Below are positions 29,334-39,931 of a stretch of 64,000 nucleotides of DNA, in pieces; position 1 is the first letter of the stretch, and the number at the start of each line of letters is the position of its first letter. A program made the position numbers and the translations under genes. Origin of the DNA: Candidatus Nitrosopolaris wilkensis (GTDB lineage: Archaea; Thermoproteota; Nitrososphaeria; Nitrososphaerales; Nitrososphaeraceae); assembly GCA_003176995.1 (NCBI GenBank), contig QHBN01000123.1, forward strand, positions 11,569-75,568. The letters are read 5' to 3'. The notes below the pieces were generated by a model. It saw only the letters and a program-made list of their open reading frames with translations, had not been told where the DNA came from and searched no databases.

Positions 29334-30830
29334 TTACTTATTAGGAACCTCCATCAGAAATTTTACCACAGTGCGAATACCAAATCCTGTTGCGCCCTTA
29401 GGATTGTAGCTTCGCTCAAAAGTTCCTTCTTGAGTCCATGCGGTTCCTGCAATATCTAAGTGTACCCAAGGAATATCATTTGTGAAATTGGACAAAAATG
29501 CTGCTGCTGTAATCGCACCACCTGGTCTACCGCCGATATTCTTAAGATCAGCTACAGTACTCTTTATCTGTTCATAGTATTCGTCATGTAATGGGAGACC
29601 CCATATTCTTTCTCCTGTCTTTTCAGATATTTTGCTCAATCTCTCTGCGAGGTACTTGCTCGTCCCTATTACAGCCGCAACATTAGCACCAAGAGCAATA
29701 ACGCACGCACCAGTAAGAGTGGCTAGATCGATAATTGCCTGAGGATTGAATATTGCAACACCGTATGCCATTGCATCCGCGAGAATAATTCTGCCCTCCG
29801 CATCCGTGTTCAAGATCTCCACAGTCTTGCCATTGTACATCCGAATTATGTCCCCAGGCCTGTACGAAGTGCTGGAAGGCATATTTTCAACCGAAGGGAT
29901 TATCCCTATAACATTTACTGGAAGACCCAACGATGCTATTGCTTTTAGTATTCCGAGAATGCTGCAGCCTCCACATTTATCAAATTTCATTTCATCCATT
30001 CTATCACCAGGTTTCAAGGATATGCCTCCCGTGTCGAACGTAACAGCCTTTCCAACCAAAAGATATGGTTTGTGATGATCCACATTTCCATAATATTCCA
30101 AAATTATCAATTTAGGCGGATTATTGCTTCCTTTTCCCACTGAAACTATTCCGTTTAGTCCGATAGATTCCATCTCATACCGTTCTAAAATCCGAGTTTT
30201 TATCCCGTATTCACCATCAAGTGCCAACGCGAGACTGGCTATTTGTGAAGGGGGACATTCATTAGGCGGGAGGTTACTTAAATCACGCGCATAATTGACC
30301 GCCTGTGTTATCAAATTTACTATGTCTACCACAGCCTGGAATTTCGCAGAATCTGAATTAACCACGATTGTAGCCTGCGCAGGGATAGTAGTAGCCTGCT
30401 TTCCGCTTGTCTTGTATCGGTTGAAGGTATATAGCGAAAGAAGAACACCTTCAGAAATCGCTTCTATTAAAGCTTCATCCACATCCATAAAGGGTAAAAT
30501 GCAGAATTCTTCGACGCCTAGTTCCTTAGCCTCCAGAGCTGCTTTACCGGCGATAATTCTTGCATTTTCGTACGTAAATTTTTCTCTCGTTCCAAGACCT
30601 ATTAGCATAATTTTTTTTATCAATCCTTTGCCCATCATATGGAAAATTATATTTGATCCAAAGCTTCTTTTGAATTCTTTATTTTCGATGAGCTCTATGA
30701 TCGCAGCGGTTATTGTAGAATTCAATCCTTTTGACTTGAAAAAATCACGTTCGTTTTCGAAAATGCCAATGACTAGGAGTGCAGTTTGCATCTGGTCAAT
30801 CTTAGCCTCTTGTACTATAACACTAACCAT
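29334..30830 (-). CDS. pepA: Leucyl aminopeptidase (M17)
   Basis: GKAVTFDTGG, MKFDK, NTDAEGR, ATLTG, HLDIAGT. Confidence 0.94.
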   Translation of the reverse strand: MVSVIVQEAKIDQMQTALLVIGIFENERDFFKSKGLNSTITAAIIELIENKEFKRSFGSNIIFHMMGKGLIKKIMLIGLGTREKFTYENARIIAGKAALEAKELGVEEFCILPFMDVDEALIEAISEGVLLSLYTFNRYKTSGKQATTIPAQATIVVNSDSAKFQAVVDIVNLITQAVNYARDLSNLPPNECPPSQIASLALALDGEYGIKTRILERYEMESIGLNGIVSVGKGSNNPPKLIILEYYGNVDHHKPYLLVGKAVTFDTGGISLKPGDRMDEMKFDKCGGCSILGILKAIASLGLPVNVIGIIPSVENMPSSTSYRPGDIIRMYNGKTVEILNTDAEGRIILADAMAYGVAIFNPQAIIDLATLTGACVIALGANVAAVIGTSKYLAERLSKISEKTGERIWGLPLHDEYYEQIKSTVADLKNIGGRPGGAITAAAFLSNFTNDIPWVHLDIAGTAWTQEGTFERSYNPKGATGFGIRTVVKFLMEVPNK

Positions 30831-31006
30831 GCTAACTTGTAATCATTTAATTATTTTAAATTATCTTAAAGACCCGTACGCTGTAAACTGCTCCTAAATA
30901 GCGGAAGCAATAGAGATGGTTGGGTGCCTTTACATATATCTTTTTATTTTCCCTGTGGCCGCACTTCATATGATCTGAAAAAATTTGAATGGTTGCGATC
31001 CTCATA

Positions 31007-32647
31007 ATGGGTTTTAGAATGCGCTACCTTGATCTTAAGAGGAAGATATGCAGCGTCCGTATGCTGGCTATTCAAGGAATTGCTGAAGCTGGCTCTGGTC
31101 ATCCTGGCGCATCATTTTCAGCTGCGGAGCTCATGGGCGTTCTTTATTTTCGAAAGATGAATCATTTACCAACAATGCCAGATTGGAGCGAGAGGGACTA
31201 TTTTATAAACTCAAAAGGACATTCGGCTCCGGGGTTCTTTGCAACACTGGCGATTGCCGGTTACTTTCCACCCACTGAAATGAAGACTTTGCGTAAGCTC
31301 GGGAGCAGACTACAGGGTCATCCGGTTAGATACACTCAGAAGGAGACCCACCAAAGTGTACCAGGAACTGAGTTTTCAGGAGGCTCGGAGGGAATTGGTC
31401 TTTCAGTGTCGATAGGGATAGCGCTGGCAAATAGGCTGGATGGTAAAAAAAATCGTGTTTATACTCTAATAGGTGACGGAGAATCAAACGAAGGTCAGAT
31501 CTGGGAAGCAGCAATGGCTGCTGCCAAGTTCAAACTGCATAACCTAGTAGCCATACTAGATCGCAACCGCATCCAACAGGACGGTTTCACGGAAGATATC
31601 ATGCCTCTCGATCCGACTCGTGATAAATGGTCCGCATTCAATTGGAATGTAATCGAGATAGGTGGTCACAATGTTGAACAGATAATTGATGCTCTAAACA
31701 AAGCAAGTGAGGCAAAAGATAGTCCGACTATAATTATAGCAAACACTGTTAAAGGGAACGGCATCAAACATATGACGAACAATCCGCAGTGGCACGGAAA
31801 GGCTCCGCCAATAGAACACACTCCTTTATTATTAGAAGAACTTAGAAGTGAATGCCTAATTGCGCCATCTATTATAGCTGGGCAGCAAGAAAATTACGAA
31901 GAGAAGATACGAAGCGCAGAACGGGGAGGAGCCGACATCATACATCTGGATATCATGGATGGTAGATTTGTGCCTAATACTACATTCTATTCAGATACAA
32001 TAAAACAACTAAGGCATATCACCACATTACCATTTGATGCTCATCTTATGATTGAAAATCCGTTGGCTCATATCCAAGATTATATTGATGCTAGATGTGA
32101 TATAGTTAGTGTTCATGCAGAGACATGTAGTGAAAGTGAATTTGCGCAGATTACTCATAGATTACTTTCGAACGGAATCAGCCCAGGTATTGCACTAAAT
32201 CCATCTACAGATCTTCCAAATTGGCTTTTTCCCCACCTGCAGGATGTCGATGTCGTGCTAATAATGTCGGTAAATCCAGGCTTTGCAGGCCAAAAATTCA
32301 TCCCAGAAGTCTTATCAAAAATCCGGCTAATAAATCAAAAGCTAAGAGAACACGGATTCTTAGGGTACATCGAAGCCGATGGTGGCATTGATGCTACTAT
32401 GTTGCAAGCAGTCTATGAGGCTGGAGCTAGAATATTCGTAGCCGGAAACGCGGTATATGGCAGTGGGGATATCCATGGCGCAATTATCCAGCTAAGGTAC
32501 AAGGTAAATGTGGCGTTGGAGAGAAAGCTCCTAGAGCAGGCGAACACTATAGGTATAAGACGCGACTGGTTGAAGACACGCAAACATATATTGATTCCTC
32601 TAGCAAATGAGCTAGGGATAGAGGAAGAACTACATGCTCTTAAGTAA
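31007..32647 (+). CDS. Transketolase N-terminal (TPP-binding) subunit fused to ribulose-5-phosphate 3-epimerase
   Basis: SGHPG, SKGH, GDGE.NEGQ.WEA, WHGK; then IAPSI, HLDIMDG.FVPN, DAHLM, MSVNPGF.GQ, EADGG. Confidence 0.92.
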   Translation: MGFRMRYLDLKRKICSVRMLAIQGIAEAGSGHPGASFSAAELMGVLYFRKMNHLPTMPDWSERDYFINSKGHSAPGFFATLAIAGYFPPTEMKTLRKLGSRLQGHPVRYTQKETHQSVPGTEFSGGSEGIGLSVSIGIALANRLDGKKNRVYTLIGDGESNEGQIWEAAMAAAKFKLHNLVAILDRNRIQQDGFTEDIMPLDPTRDKWSAFNWNVIEIGGHNVEQIIDALNKASEAKDSPTIIIANTVKGNGIKHMTNNPQWHGKAPPIEHTPLLLEELRSECLIAPSIIAGQQENYEEKIRSAERGGADIIHLDIMDGRFVPNTTFYSDTIKQLRHITTLPFDAHLMIENPLAHIQDYIDARCDIVSVHAETCSESEFAQITHRLLSNGISPGIALNPSTDLPNWLFPHLQDVDVVLIMSVNPGFAGQKFIPEVLSKIRLINQKLREHGFLGYIEADGGIDATMLQAVYEAGARIFVAGNAVYGSGDIHGAIIQLRYKVNVALERKLLEQANTIGIRRDWLKTRKHILIPLANELGIEEELHALK

Positions 32648-33605
32648 TGAACAAAAAAATGCCGATATGCGAGGAGCATACGGCGATACACTAGTAGAAT
32701 TAGGAGCATCTAATCAAAATATAGTCTGCGTGGGGGCTGACACCACGGATTCACTCAAGATAAAGAAATTTGGGGACTATTATCCTGACAGGTTCTTCAA
32801 TGTAGGCATAGCAGAAGCGAACCTCGTTTCCGTGGCAGCTGGCCTTGCAATTGCAGGCAAAATTGCGTTCGCAAGTACATATGCTGCATTTCTCCCAGGA
32901 CGATGCCTTGATCAAATCCGCAACACCATCTGCTATCCAGACCTGAATGTCAAGCTTGTTGTTTCTCATGCCGGTCTGACTGTGGGACCTGACGGCGCGT
33001 CGCATCAACAGCTCGAAGATTTTTCGACAATGAGGGCGATACCCAATATGCGAGTAATCGTCCCTGCTGACGCCGTGGCAGCAAAGTATTTGATCCGTTC
33101 AATAGCCATGATACCTGGGCCATTTTATGTTAGACTTGCGAGGCCATTGAGCGAAGTTCTATATGAAGACAACGCGATTTTCAGGATAGGCAAAGGAAAC
33201 ATCTTGCGGGACGGCTCCGATGCGACAATTATAGCATGCGGTCTAATGGTTACAAGAGCATTAGATGCAGCCAAGGTTTTGAAATCAAATAACGGGATAA
33301 CTTGTCGCGTTGTTGATATGTTTTCAATTAAACCCATTGACACCCAACTGGTAGCACAATGTGCTAGGGACACCGGAGCGATTGTAACTGCCGAAGAACA
33401 CAATATGATAGGGGGTCTTGGATCAGCTGTGGCTGAATCGTCTTCGGAAACTTACCCAGTGCCGATTAGAAGGTTGGGCGTACGCGATACATTCGGAGAA
33501 TCTGCCAGGGATGAAGAGGTCGATGCCCTATTAGAAAAATATGGATTAGGCATAAACGAAATTGCACGCACCGTTATCGAATGCAGAGGTAAAAGCAGGA
33601 GATGA
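32634..33605 (+). CDS. Transketolase C-terminal subunit
   Basis: GIAEAN, GPDGASHQ, YVRL.R, EEH...GGLGSAV. Confidence 0.93.
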   Translation: MLLSNEQKNADMRGAYGDTLVELGASNQNIVCVGADTTDSLKIKKFGDYYPDRFFNVGIAEANLVSVAAGLAIAGKIAFASTYAAFLPGRCLDQIRNTICYPDLNVKLVVSHAGLTVGPDGASHQQLEDFSTMRAIPNMRVIVPADAVAAKYLIRSIAMIPGPFYVRLARPLSEVLYEDNAIFRIGKGNILRDGSDATIIACGLMVTRALDAAKVLKSNNGITCRVVDMFSIKPIDTQLVAQCARDTGAIVTAEEHNMIGGLGSAVAESSSETYPVPIRRLGVRDTFGESARDEEVDALLEKYGLGINEIARTVIECRGKSRR

Positions 33606-34267
33606 AAATATTTCTTGATTCTGCTAATCTACATTCCATAAAAAAATACAATGATATGGGGCTCATTGATGGGATCACTACTAATCCGACTCTGCTGTCG
33701 AAAGAGAAAGAGGATCCGGCTGCCCTGATGCGGGAAATTGTTAGAATCGTAAAGGGTCCTGTAAGTCTGGAGGTTATTGGTACTAAAACAGAAGAAATGG
33801 TAGAAGAAGCTCATCGGCTAATGAAGTACGGCCAAAACGTTGTTGTTAAAATTCCAATGATGCCTGATGGTTTAAGAGCCGTTAGACAGTTAGCTCAGGA
33901 GGGTATCCCTACTAACGTGACACTTGTTTTTTCTGCCAACCAAGCAATATTGGCTGCAAAGGCGGGTGCATCTTACGTTAGCCCTTTTATCGGTAGGTTG
34001 GACGACGGTGGGCAGGACGGCACAGATCTTCTAAAGCAAATTGTTCAGATCTTTAGAAATTATCACTTTAACACAGAAGTCCTCGTAGCTAGCGTAAGGC
34101 ATCCACTCCATATTATCGAAGCAGGGGAGATTGGAGCCGACATCGTAACGCTCCCGCCTGATATCTTGGCAAGAATGATAATCCATCCGCTAACAGATAA
34201 GGGCTTGGCTGCTTTTCTTGAGGATTGGGAAAAATTAAAAAAGGAGAACCCCAACGTCGGAATTTAA
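33602..34267 (+). CDS. tal: Transaldolase (FSA-type)
   Basis: DGITTNP, VVKIP, NVTLVFS, YVSPFIGR, ASVR. Confidence 0.92.
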   Translation: MKIFLDSANLHSIKKYNDMGLIDGITTNPTLLSKEKEDPAALMREIVRIVKGPVSLEVIGTKTEEMVEEAHRLMKYGQNVVVKIPMMPDGLRAVRQLAQEGIPTNVTLVFSANQAILAAKAGASYVSPFIGRLDDGGQDGTDLLKQIVQIFRNYHFNTEVLVASVRHPLHIIEAGEIGADIVTLPPDILARMIIHPLTDKGLAAFLEDWEKLKKENPNVGI

Positions 34268-34268
34268 T

Positions 34269-35870
34269 TTAATCACGAAGCAAATATATCACTTTTTTTG
34301 GTATGTCTTCTAATCTGCTGACCGCTAAGCTTCTCTCATAGGTCAAATATTTTAGATTATGGCCTATACTTATTGCATCATTTAAGTTCTTGCCTAATCC
34401 CAGTGCTACCATGTGTATACCCATTTTCCGGTATGAAAGGACCATTTCACGGACCGCATCAAAGTCGGATGGCTCTCCATCAGTCAAAGTCACCATGATA
34501 TCTGGCTTAAATGATTTTGCAATAGGCTGCAATAATCCGTATATCTCTGCAAGCGGTGTGCCGCCGCTTGCCCTTATCTGGGTCAGTCTACGCGCCCCTG
34601 TTGCAGACCATTTGAGGTTTGGAGGCTTTATTATCCAACACTTCACCTGTCCTGATTCCGTACTGAAGGCGTAAACAGCAAATTTTATTCCCAAATAACT
34701 CAGTGCTTCGCATAGAGCAACTGTTGCTCGTTTGTACTCCAATTCCACGTGCTCTATACTGCTAGAATGGTCAAGCAGGATTGCAACTTTTGTTTTGATG
34801 GAGAGTTTAAGGTCAGTCAAAAAATTCTTAGGTAACATTTCCACATAGCTCTCAGGATCAAATTCTTCCCCGGCCACATCGTGTCGTTCTATCCAACCTG
34901 TTCTCCAGTCCCTGAATTTAGCCTTCACCTTTCGGATTAAATCAGCATCATATATTGGGGATGGATCAACATCCATCATTTCAGGAACGCTTAAACCGAA
35001 GTTTTCCAGACTCTCATAACCCTTATTTTCAGTTTTCTTACTCTCTTTTAGCAGGGTTTGAAATTCACCCAGCACGTCACTTCCTTCAATAATTTCTCTG
35101 GAGGTTCTGTCTAAATCAGTAGCCTTAATATTCCTTCTAACAATTTTTTCTATTTGTTTCACAAGATCGCTCTGGTTCATCCCTAAACCTATTATTCTTG
35201 TCCGAGGCGCAAGGATAGCAACGGACGTTAATGCATCTAATTCTAGCATTTTAATTAACAGTGGGATCTGTCTTTCGATCCACTCAGTATGATAGTCATT
35301 CTTGATCGCATCATGGACTATTTCGTTCGCAAAAGACGATGCCTTCTTTACTTTCTCCAAGTCGTTTCCGTACAACTCGCCTTTAAGATAACCTGTAAGG
35401 AAGTACTGGGAAAAAGCTTCAATAATCTTTGACTTTCCATAAATAGAATTAAGGAGCGGTCGCGACAACCAAGACATGCCTTCGTTAAATACGATCTCTT
35501 TAATCATTCCTTCCCAATCCTGTAGTCCTAGGATTTCAACTCGTTTGGTTTCAATAGTATTCAGGAGAAATCCGAAAGCGTGTTCATAACTCAAGACTTT
35601 GGTTGAATGGTGCATACGCATAGATTCGTGCCACAATCCGACTCGCCATTGCCTGTATTGCTGGAAACTAGTGCCGAGATAATAATTGAGAAAGGGTAAT
35701 GTAATCTGATTCTTATCAATTTTTGCTAAAGGCATTTTATCTTGAGTTAAAATTATAATGGTCTTGTTATTGTTAGACCATCGTCTACTTAAGAAGGTTG
35801 AAATATTAAGCAAGACATCGTTCCGCAGATGTGTGTAATCAAGCCCTAATGGCACCGATGGTGTTGGCAT
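34269..35870 (-). CDS. VWA domain protein (NorD/CbbO-like)
   Basis: C-terminal MIDAS LLDHSSS, GGTPL, LTDGEP; N-terminal HESMR..N.IE..RVE. Confidence 0.85.
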   Translation of the reverse strand: MPTPSVPLGLDYTHLRNDVLLNISTFLSRRWSNNNKTIIILTQDKMPLAKIDKNQITLPFLNYYLGTSFQQYRQWRVGLWHESMRMHHSTKVLSYEHAFGFLLNTIETKRVEILGLQDWEGMIKEIVFNEGMSWLSRPLLNSIYGKSKIIEAFSQYFLTGYLKGELYGNDLEKVKKASSFANEIVHDAIKNDYHTEWIERQIPLLIKMLELDALTSVAILAPRTRIIGLGMNQSDLVKQIEKIVRRNIKATDLDRTSREIIEGSDVLGEFQTLLKESKKTENKGYESLENFGLSVPEMMDVDPSPIYDADLIRKVKAKFRDWRTGWIERHDVAGEEFDPESYVEMLPKNFLTDLKLSIKTKVAILLDHSSSIEHVELEYKRATVALCEALSYLGIKFAVYAFSTESGQVKCWIIKPPNLKWSATGARRLTQIRASGGTPLAEIYGLLQPIAKSFKPDIMVTLTDGEPSDFDAVREMVLSYRKMGIHMVALGLGKNLNDAISIGHNLKYLTYERSLAVSRLEDIPKKVIYLLRD

Positions 35871-35873
35871 ACC

Positions 35874-36686
35874 CTAGTCGACAAAAATTGATGTTATCAT
35901 ATCCATTACCTTTTGATATTCAACTTCGCCCCACTGATCATATACATTGGCATACACAATCTCTGCGGCCTGCTTTGCGTTGCTTCCTGCGCTAAGAAGT
36001 TTCGCAAAAGCGATTGACTCCCTCAAACTAGGACTGTAGTATAACTCTTCAACAGCCGCTGCTTCGCGCAAATTCTTTGCAAGTTTGATCGCACGTTTTA
36101 TGTCATTAATCTTAGATGTATCGACTGTCGTATGGCGTTGTACGATCTCGAGCTCTATTTCTTCGGGAGGATATTCTAATCGCAACCTAATCGGAAATCT
36201 GCTGAGAATCTGAGGAGGTAGCTCTTTAGTTCCAACGTGGGAAAGAGGATTAATCGTTGCAATTACGGACCAATCATGATGAGCATTGATAATTTGCCCA
36301 TCTGCTTCTTTTAATATTATCTGTCTTCTGTCATCAAGTGCTTCATCTAATCGCAATAACACGTCAGCCTCTGCTGCATTTAGCTCGTCAAGGTACAAGA
36401 GACCACCGTGTCGCATAGATTTCACGAGTATCCCTTCCACAAAACTAATTTGCCCTTTTTCCAGAGTCTTTGAACCAATAAGATGAGATTCTCTCGTACG
36501 GAGGCTAAAATTTACGGAATATAACTCCTTTTTTAAATCTGAGGCAAACTTCCTTACAAGGGTTGTTTTGCCAGTTCCCTTTGGGCCTATGATCAGTGCA
36601 AATAGTCCCGTATGGTAAGCCTTAGTCAATATGTCGATAGAGTTATTCCAATCGAGATAATTGACTTCCATCATCTTACTCGTCAT
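35874..36686 (-). CDS. MoxR-type AAA+ ATPase (CbbQ/NirQ/NorQ-like)
   Basis: GPKGTGKT, LYLDELN, LDDRR, ATINP, LSRF, SLRE; start 36686 preferred to 36767. Confidence 0.88.
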   Translation of the reverse strand: MTSKMMEVNYLDWNNSIDILTKAYHTGLFALIIGPKGTGKTTLVRKFASDLKKELYSVNFSLRTRESHLIGSKTLEKGQISFVEGILVKSMRHGGLLYLDELNAAEADVLLRLDEALDDRRQIILKEADGQIINAHHDWSVIATINPLSHVGTKELPPQILSRFPIRLRLEYPPEEIELEIVQRHTTVDTSKINDIKRAIKLAKNLREAAAVEELYYSPSLRESIAFAKLLSAGSNAKQAAEIVYANVYDQWGEVEYQKVMDMITSIFVD

Positions 36687-36756
36687 GTACAGTCTTGATA
36701 ATCTCTTTACATAAAAACCAATACTTGCAAGTGGACCTGGTCTCATCCGATTAGCA

Positions 36757-38136
36757 TCAAGATCCAATGGTGAGTTTCTTATTGTTAAGGTAATCAGTAA
36801 GAAGAACTTTATCGATTGTTGTTGGATTTATGTAATAGGATCTGCCTTTAACATATCTTTCCATTTCGTTCACATATCTCAACAACGAATCTTCATCACT
36901 GATCATGACCGTATCTATTTCAATTCCCATCTTGTGACACTTTCTTGCTTCGAGGATCGTTTTCTCTCCGATGTATTGATCAACTTGTCTGTACCGATAA
37001 CACAGGTAAACAAGCTGTCCTGCTGCAAAATCAAGATTGAAATCAAGTGCCTCCTTACCTGGTATATAGAAATGAGAATATGGTCTTTGTGATAAAATTT
37101 TATTCTGTTCTTTTTTATCATCTATGAAACATGCGCTAGGATGGCCGTCGGTTATGAGCACTATCCGTTTGTTTAAAGCGCCATCTTTCTGAAGCATTTT
37201 GCTTGCCAATCTAAATGCTGATTGATAATTTGTGTAATGTAAAAAGTCAGAGCCAGGTTCAAATGTCTTTAGATAGGGTATGTCCTTAGGGGCGACCTTC
37301 GATGCAAGAGCACCAAAACCAACGATGGAGATGGAATCGGACGGGAAAAACTTTTGGTTTAGTAAAAAAAGACTCCATAGAGCTCTTTTTGCTGCTTCTA
37401 TCCGACTCATGTCACCAAACATCGAAGAATAACGCATGGTTGAACTTAAATCGATACAATAAACAACAGCCGCTCGGACGTCTTGTAGCGTCTCATACTC
37501 TTCTAAATCATCCTCTTCGACATCTAATGGGATTTTAAGCGAAGAACCGTTCTTCGCAAGTCTATGCACAGAATTTAATAGTGACTTTGGAACGTTTACA
37601 AGTCTAATATCATCGCCTCGCTCATAACTTCTAGTTGAATCCAAAACTATTCCTCCTCTACCTAAACTAGTCGTTTCGTGCACCCCTAAATCACCAGTTT
37701 TTAGGGCTCTCATGACGTCGCTTAAGATTTTCCCACCGATGTTTAGGAATCCCTTACTAGTAAGCCATTTGTTGGAATCTTTGAGATATCCTTTTTGTAT
37801 TAACTGCGCAACAATAGGAGTCCCGGAAACCGGGATTTCGTCTCCCTTGATCTCTGTTTCCTGTCCTCTATTCTCCTTATTTCCTGTACTGTCTCTTTGT
37901 TCATGTTGTTGCTGCGCTGATATATCTTGCAATGATCGTTCAAGGTCTTGAATAGTCGGAGTTTTTTCCCTTAGGATCTCTCTGCCGATCACCTTCAACA
38001 TCTTGTCAAGCAGATCGTCTGCTGCATTCTTCTCTTCATGCATTGTTTGATGTTTGTTGCCGAGGTTCTCCGCAGCAAAATAAACAAATTTTTTTGTGTT
38101 AGGATTAATATTACTGGCCTTATTGAATGGCGCCAT
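36757..38136 (-). CDS. VWA domain protein (partner of the ChlI-like ATPase)
   Basis: LT.KG...G, CIDLSSTM, TNYQ, LITDGHP; start may be 38043. Confidence 0.85.
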   Translation of the reverse strand: MAPFNKASNINPNTKKFVYFAAENLGNKHQTMHEEKNAADDLLDKMLKVIGREILREKTPTIQDLERSLQDISAQQQHEQRDSTGNKENRGQETEIKGDEIPVSGTPIVAQLIQKGYLKDSNKWLTSKGFLNIGGKILSDVMRALKTGDLGVHETTSLGRGGIVLDSTRSYERGDDIRLVNVPKSLLNSVHRLAKNGSSLKIPLDVEEDDLEEYETLQDVRAAVVYCIDLSSTMRYSSMFGDMSRIEAAKRALWSLFLLNQKFFPSDSISIVGFGALASKVAPKDIPYLKTFEPGSDFLHYTNYQSAFRLASKMLQKDGALNKRIVLITDGHPSACFIDDKKEQNKILSQRPYSHFYIPGKEALDFNLDFAAGQLVYLCYRYRQVDQYIGEKTILEARKCHKMGIEIDTVMISDEDSLLRYVNEMERYVKGRSYYINPTTIDKVLLTDYLNNKKLTIGS

Positions 38137-39775
38137 AGCAGTCGTCCTTTCTATCTAACAATGGTGGTTGCACCCACCTAAGACCTTCTAAGATAACTTC
38201 AGTAACCGCTGCAGTAAATTCTCCGTTCATGTCTTCTCTAATGCAGACAATCTCCCTCCTTATTCCAAGATTTTCTGCGATTTCAACAAATTGTTTCTGC
38301 TCATTCTCTATAACAAAAATTGTCTCCTTTACAACTTGTTTTAACTCAGGGAACAATTCTAACTGCGATTCATAATCTAAAGAGTTGGATTTTTTACTAC
38401 CTAGGGTAACTTGTGACACCGCGAATGTCTTATTCTTTGTGAAATCAATTTTCAGTTTTGCTAATTGTTCGACGGATAATTTTTGAATATATTCATGTGA
38501 AACTTCCCTTATGGCATTGTCAATTATTGAGTTCAATACATTGATCCTAGTTTCGAGGGTATCTTCTATCTCGGTTAGCTCAAATTTGACCGATTGGTGA
38601 ATACTATGAATGTCACAAAATCGCGGTATCGCCTTCACAAGTTGAGATATTGATCTTGTTCGTTCAGCCTCACCAACCAACAATTCTGTAGAATGAATCG
38701 CAACCCTGACGCTGACGCCCTTATCATGATTAATATCATGATGGGTTCTGGCTAACTCCATTATCTTTGCTATTGTCCGAAGCATAAAAACAGGTAGAAA
38801 TACATTCCCTGCGTCTGCGATTCTTGCCTCTTGAACAACGATGAGCATCTCGTCAAGAGTATTTCTTGGATAGTGTGTGTTTACGTGACTACGTAATCTA
38901 TCAAACAATGGCTCGATTATCTTGCCAGAGTGAGTGTAGTCTACTGGATTTGCTGTAGCCATAATCTTTACATCCGGTTTAAAGACCACTGGATATGACC
39001 CAGTCGTGAATTTACCTTCCTGAAGAACGCTTAGTAATGCGACTTGTTTTCGAGGATCGAGGACCGGAAGTTCGTCAATGCACAGGATACCGTGTCGGGC
39101 TTGCAACAATTGACCAGAGGAGTATGATTCGATATCATAAAGTTCAATGCCTTTCTTAGCAATTTTAATAGCATCAATTTGCCCGACTAAATCCTTTACC
39201 GAAATGTCAGGAGTAGCCAAGATGTATCTGTATCTTTGTGAACCTTCAATCCAATTGATTTTTGTTTCCAACTTGTTGTTCCTGATTATTTCCTCACATT
39301 CTTTCGAGACTGTAAATTCCGGAGAAGTGCGAAGCACTTCCGCGTCATTCAGGATATTAATCATTTGTTCCTCAGGAATTGAGGTGGGAATATCGTTTGT
39401 AATACTTCCTTGGACTACTGGGACAAGTGAAAGCAAGCTCTCTGCAATGCATTCTGCAATTTTAGTTTTTGCTTGTCCAATCTGCCCGACAAAAAGAATA
39501 TCATGCCCTGCCAGAATTGCCCTGTTTACCGCCGGAATAACATCTTCATTATATCCGATAATACCAGGGTAAGGATATTCGCAGTTTTTCAATTTTGCAA
39601 TGAGGTTGCCACGCAGCTGCCTTTCTACTGTAACATGCTTGTAATTAATTCCTAAAAGGTCTCCTAAGGTTTTGATTTGAGAATAATTTTCAGGGACTCC
39701 TGCCATTATTTCGATGTACTTCGGTCTTGAGACGTATGAGCGATGGATGAATTCTTCAATAGTGTTAGAACTCAT
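38120..39775 (-). CDS. Mg-chelatase ChlI-like AAA+ ATPase
   Basis: GQIGQAKT Walker A variant, ATPD.SV.DL.G.ID, IDELP.L, ATANP.DYT..G.II.PL.DR, GVSVR. Confidence 0.85.
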   Translation of the reverse strand: MSSNTIEEFIHRSYVSRPKYIEIMAGVPENYSQIKTLGDLLGINYKHVTVERQLRGNLIAKLKNCEYPYPGIIGYNEDVIPAVNRAILAGHDILFVGQIGQAKTKIAECIAESLLSLVPVVQGSITNDIPTSIPEEQMINILNDAEVLRTSPEFTVSKECEEIIRNNKLETKINWIEGSQRYRYILATPDISVKDLVGQIDAIKIAKKGIELYDIESYSSGQLLQARHGILCIDELPVLDPRKQVALLSVLQEGKFTTGSYPVVFKPDVKIMATANPVDYTHSGKIIEPLFDRLRSHVNTHYPRNTLDEMLIVVQEARIADAGNVFLPVFMLRTIAKIMELARTHHDINHDKGVSVRVAIHSTELLVGEAERTRSISQLVKAIPRFCDIHSIHQSVKFELTEIEDTLETRINVLNSIIDNAIREVSHEYIQKLSVEQLAKLKIDFTKNKTFAVSQVTLGSKKSNSLDYESQLELFPELKQVVKETIFVIENEQKQFVEIAENLGIRREIVCIREDMNGEFTAAVTEVILEGLRWVQPPLLDRKDDCYGAIQ

Positions 39776-39931
39776 GAGTTATCAATCTTCAATAGTAAGC
39801 AAGTTAAATATTTGAAACAGAGTGGTTAACATACATCGACACGCAGTCAGTATACAATACAGCTACTAAATTACTATACGAAAATGCTGTTCTGTCGGCC
39901 AGCCGTGCAATGCACATTAATTTTCAGCCTA

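Noticed and set aside
38120-39775. Chlorophyll or cobalamin chelatase function
   Set aside because: No chelatase H/CobN subunit or tetrapyrrole genes nearby; it belongs to the generic ChlI-like/VWA pair type.
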